A DNA stretch of 51,528 nucleotides, the filler included, from Sphacelaria rigidula (lineage: Eukaryota): assembly GCA_964200075.2 (NCBI GenBank). It is 4 parts of 4 records of this genome, joined end to end, with 100 filler letters (N's around TTAATTAATTAA, not from the genome) between each part and the next. Parts side by side here need not be neighbours in the genome. Positions count along the whole stretch, not along the records: positions 38,722 to 51,528 come from CAXNAA020003403.1; 3 more parts are not named here. One strand, given 5' to 3'. The notes under the pieces are model-generated. The model was not told where the DNA came from and made no database searches. It saw only the letters and a list, made by a program, of their open reading frames with translations. This document shows, in pieces, positions 47,294 to 51,528 of the stretch. A program made the position numbers and the translations under genes. Every line of letters starts with the position of its first letter. The stretch's first letter is position 1.

Positions 47294-48689
47294 TGGCGAT
47301 GAGCCACGGCTGACGCGCGTCGCAGCAGTGCCGCAGGTATCAACGCCACGGGTCTCGCACGCGTGGAGATCTTGAACAAATGGCGAATAACAAAAGACGA
47401 CCCTGACGTTAACCACAATTAATTGGTGTAAGCAGACGGGATTTCCAACCCCACAGCTAACCAAGACCACCACGAAGGACGGAAAGAACTCCGACTGTTC
47501 GGGGTGCTAATCGCGCTGGGGTAGCAGCCTCCGAAAACTGTCCGGGCTGTTCAACTGCATTTTACTGGCCATGGGCCACTTATCTTGGTTTCCTCTGAGA
47601 CACTAGATTTTAGACAACATCCTTGCCATGAAAAAATCGTGTTTTAACCCTCGGATTGCCAACTCCTCTCAGATACAGCCACATGGACTATGCCACATCT
47701 GGGGTTCAGAGCAGCCGTTTTCTTGCTACACAAAACACCTTCAACCATACAGACGTAGATCTTTGGCTTGTATATACTTGTGGAAGATAGTTCCGGAGAA
47801 CCCCCGACCGGTTTTGACCGTGCAGTTAACTTGCGTACAGTAAGTATGAGTGTCGTATGTCTTCGCCGGATATAACGGCAAAGAACAGTCAGCGTGTCAT
47901 CGCTCAGGGGTTCTCTGGAATGATCTACCCGTCTATTGCATATTTTGACCATATACTGTCCAGGGTGTGAACTATTCTAGTGTACTGTTGTACTGACCAC
48001 CGTTGGTGTGGTGGATGCAAAGCATTCGGCTTGACAATCCACGTTACTGGTACACAGTGCAGCTGGATAAGTGCGGGTGGTGAGCGCACATCACACCGCG
48101 TTCCACCAGCACACGAATGCCGGACCCCCCGTTGCCCGATGGTTGTGCCGGCCTTGTTAGGTGAGGGTGGTTCGTGACGCAAATCAAGAAAATACTGGAC
48201 TGTTGTGGACGTGTGCAGTAGACTTCGTGGACCACGGCAAACGGTCTTTTCCAAGATTGGAGAGATTTAGAAACAACGTGAACGTTTGCAGGTCGGCTCG
48301 TCTCTCGCTCTGCTCGTGCGCGGTGATTGACAGTGACAGCTTCCTCCTGCAGGAGGGCGATTGGGAGAAGTGATTCCGAATTCTTCATTCTTGTACTGGG
48401 TGGAATGTGGAAAAAAGCTTCACTCGACACATCATTTCAGACCAGGGCGGAAAGACAATGGTAACATTGACATATTTGATGATCATGATAGTGAATCAGC
48501 ATCACCCGAAATATTTTCGGCGCTACACGCTGAAAAGCCCCCCAATCGGGGACGCGCATACGCCCCGACCCCGTTTTCCACCCTACTTGATAGATGTCCT
48601 TTACAAGCGGAATATCAAGGATTTGAGGCCCGGAGAATCTTCTGTTCTCATTATTTTAGTCAACCCCACGAGAACTCTTCGATTTTTGT

Positions 48690-48856
48690 CATTGAAAAAC
48701 GTGAGAACGTGAGCAGCATAGAAAACCTTACTTGATGAGACTCGAAAAGGTGCGAGAGTGCTGATTCAGCTAGCGGGTTAAACGGAAGGCTCGTATCGAA
48801 CGGGGGAGAGATTGATTGATCCATGCGCCGAGGACCACGGACTCGTCCCGAGAAGG
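48690..48856 (+). repeat. SINE family B-related fragment
   Basis: Shares CGTGAGAACGTGAG, GAGTGCTGA, GGGGGAGAGA and GACCACGGACTCGTCCCGAG, in order, with 5900-6060. Confidence 0.65.
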
Positions 48857-48867
48857 GCGTGTACGAA

Positions 48868-49115
48868 GATCATGCATGCCGTGGTCATCTGGCCATCGAC
48901 CCCGCATCCCTACAAAGCCGGGACGGAGCACGCCGGGTTTTCGTCCGACCAGGCTCGCAATCACCAAGCGCGAAGCGCCGTGGTGTGCTCGGCGAGTCGC
49001 ATGAAGGGTGAGCTGCATCCTGCTACTATTGTTCCGCCCGAAGAGTACTGATCATCTCGCATGAGGATGACAGCCTACAATGCGTTGCTTCATTTTCTGG
49101 TATCGCCACTCCCAG
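48868..49115 (-). repeat. Solo RTE 5' UTR fragment
   Basis: Reverse complement of ~42105-42345. Confidence 0.85.
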
Positions 49116-50292
49116 AGACAGCCATGGCTTATACGCTGCCTCATGGGTGTCTCACCATTTCAAAACTACGTAGTACGATCATCTCCTTTGCGCAGAGCTG
49201 ACGATTTCCCACCCCAAACAAGATGATCTAGCTCGACCACCATCATGGTAACAGCAAAAACAAAAAAGTAAGCACGCAAAACAAAGTTGGTAATCTGGTT
49301 GCCTAGCTTACGCAGTGAGTGGCAGGTTTCACAGTGTCATCGCCAATCGACGCCAACCCCATTGGGGGGTCTGCCCCTGCGAATCCTGGACGGAGCACGA
49401 CGGGTTTCTGCCAGTCCCGAGAAGGGAGGGGGGGGGGGGGGGGGGCCCACAACTTTTAACGGCTGCAAAGGACCATTTCACCACCGCGACCACCCCCACA
49501 GTCACTGCACAAACACCACACAANNNNNNNNNNACCATCTCGCTCGACGGCTTCTCGGCGACAGTCGTCAACGCCTTCCATTCCTCCGCCCAGATCATCG
49601 AGGATCTCAAATGTTTAAGGTATGACGAGACATTTTCATAGCCTGGAATCGCTTCAAGTTACTGCTCAAATTCCTGAGTCAACCGAGTCGGCAACATCAC
49701 CAACATGGCCGTACCGAAGCCCATCACCAAGGAAAGGGGGTGCGAACGCAACTTTTAGAGGTTATTTATCACAAGCAACTATTATTATGACCGATACTTC
49801 GCAACAGTTGCACACACACACATGGTGCGTTGTTGAATCAATACGCCTGATTAAAACAACTCCTTCGGAGCCAACTTAATATGTACCAGTTTCGAAAATA
49901 TGACGTAGAATCTTCAGAGGTCTTATCAACGAGGATTTTTTTTTCAGATTTTTTTCACCATTTGTTTCAACAAATCGGGATACGTTTCCGATTCCTCCAG
50001 AACAGAAGCGGATGAGAAATAATTACGAGGCTGGATTTTCGGACAAATCTGAAATCAATCTTGAAGTGATCTACTGCCTCATCTGGTAGGCAAATCTGCT
50101 ATTACATTTCCGAGAAAATCACTGTTTTTCTCCGAAAAATTGTGAAAAAGGGAGGTGGGAGGGAAATAGACCCTTTGATGATAGCCCTAACAATAAGCGC
50201 ACTTTGGTCACACTATGGAACAAATGCTGGTGCCGTAATTTGGAATATAAAAGAGGAAGCACAGTGGATCGCTACAGACATGCAATACGCAC

Positions 50293-50366
50293 TTGGGTAA
50301 CTGATCTTGGGCATCATCGTGGCCTTTGGTCATCTTAGCCACGTCCGCCTTTACTTGATTCGAATC
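50293..50366 (-). CDS. SMC6: Probable SMC6 exon
   Basis: atccag| ... |gtgcgt; phase 0 to 2; DSNQVKADVAKMTKGHDDAQDQLP(K) joins 40300 in frame (AA|G = Lys). Confidence 0.62.
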
Positions 50367-50734
50367 CTGGATTACGACAAGAACAGGGAAAGCCAGCAAA
50401 CAAAACAACACGAAGTGGGTTACACATTCAATCTCGAGAATTGGAAGGCGAGGACAAAAAAATTGAAGCGGGGGTGTTACAAACCGCGAACTACGATGAA
50501 ACAAGGTCACCAAACTGAGTGAAAAGCACAAAACGCGGCATCGAATGTAGTGCTGATCATAGGTGCTGCTTGTATGATATCCGAGCTGGGCCGGCCAAAA
50601 GCAAAACATCAAGCGTCAGGTGATCATATATCTTACACGCCAATGAATCAGGGCGAGCTCAGCTCATCATTGTCATCCGGCTAGATGAGGCGATCACGCA
50701 CAGTCATCTGGTTTCGGCATCCGCAGCGGGTTTG

Positions 50735-50792
50735 ATTTTCTTCCTGTCACACTTTCAACCCCTCCCCTTGCTCGGGACGAGTCCGTGGTCTA
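50735..50792 (-). repeat. SINE family B 3' end
   Basis: Reverse complement of ~6034-6092. Confidence 0.7.
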
Positions 50793-51429
50793 GTGGTCTA
50801 GTGGTCTGTCCCAAGGGATGACGTATCTCTGCCCTAGTACACGCCTTGCGTTTTGGTGTTGCGGGTTGGAAAATGACCATCAGAACTCCCGCACCGCGTC
50901 AACTCTCGGTCAGGAGGGCGTCATTTCGTAGGGATGAGCCATCGAGTTCTGAAGTGTGATTTGCAAAAAACGTCCCCGACGTATTCCAGGTTGGGTTTTG
51001 AATAGTATGGAGATACAAGACTGTCCGGGACCAGTATAGAAGTCTTGCATAACTTGCATAATCTGTCGGGTATCGTACGAAGGTTGTACGAATACCTTTA
51101 CCCGCACTCGGGTGTTTTTATCAGGGTATAACTTGAACTCCGGCTACAGGCAAACATGTCGTAAAGACCTTACAAAACTGTCGGGTACCGGCATGCGAAA
51201 CTGACAGGACTCGACAACTCTCGGACGTGGGGAGTACGCGGGTAAATGCTCCGGATGTACGTCAACTCATACCCTACAGGATACCACCTTGGATGAATTC
51301 GTCGCCACCTGGCGTTCCTCATTTCGCTGATTATTGATTCATGTTTCGACGTCCATTATCGCGATGGTTATACCTCGCGTGAAAAAACAAAAAGCAGGCG
51401 GTGAAACATCCACTGGTCGTATCGTAACT

Positions 51430-51528
51430 CGACGGGAAGGGGAGGAGGTGTACTCATTTGTTGCTTGCCTTAGTCATTCGACCATTGACCACGCATCCCT
51501 TTCGAAGCGGAGCACCGTTCCTACTCCT
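51430..51528 (-). repeat. RTE 5' UTR-related repeat at segment end
   Basis: Minus strand AGGGATGCGTGGTCAATGGTC matches 42302-42322; last 40 nt match 38582-38621 in reverse complement. Confidence 0.65.

Noticed and set aside
48726-48751. Hammerhead-like CTTGATGAGACTCGAAA
   Set aside because: Core is CUUGAUGA rather than CUGAUGA, stem II is minimal, and no stem I/III with a cleavage triplet can be built
1-51528. CRISPR array, prokaryotic operon or rRNA
   Set aside because: No regularly spaced repeat-spacer array, dense prokaryotic coding or rRNA motifs were seen

Overview
Repeat-rich eukaryotic genomic DNA. The intron signals, RTE LINEs and chromodomain Ty3/Gypsy elements suggest a brown alga or related stramenopile; this is inferred from family resemblance only. 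The window is not one locus. It is four segments of exactly 12,807 bp (1-12807, 12908-25714, 25815-38621, 38722-51528) joined by artificial 100-nt spacers (N44-TTAATTAATTAA-N44). Host genes read from splice signals are: five phase-consistent exons of a leishmanolysin (M8)-like zinc metallopeptidase (+, 12967-22432); three phase-consistent exons of a probable SMC6 coiled-coil (-, 39041-50366); and a tentative secreted or membrane protein gene (+, 28566-38126). The rest is mostly decayed mobile DNA: two Ty3/Gypsy elements, two long RTE LINEs plus several RTE 3' fragments, at least two tRNA-derived SINE families, and several MITE families, often nested. The most interesting signals are a ~580-nt fold-back hairpin inside the SMC6 intron, a chromo + Tudor-like tail on a Gypsy integrase, tandem PAM2-like motifs at an RTE N-terminus, and a duplicated structured module in an RTE 5' UTR. 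Most ORFs in the supplied track are noise. No database searches were run.
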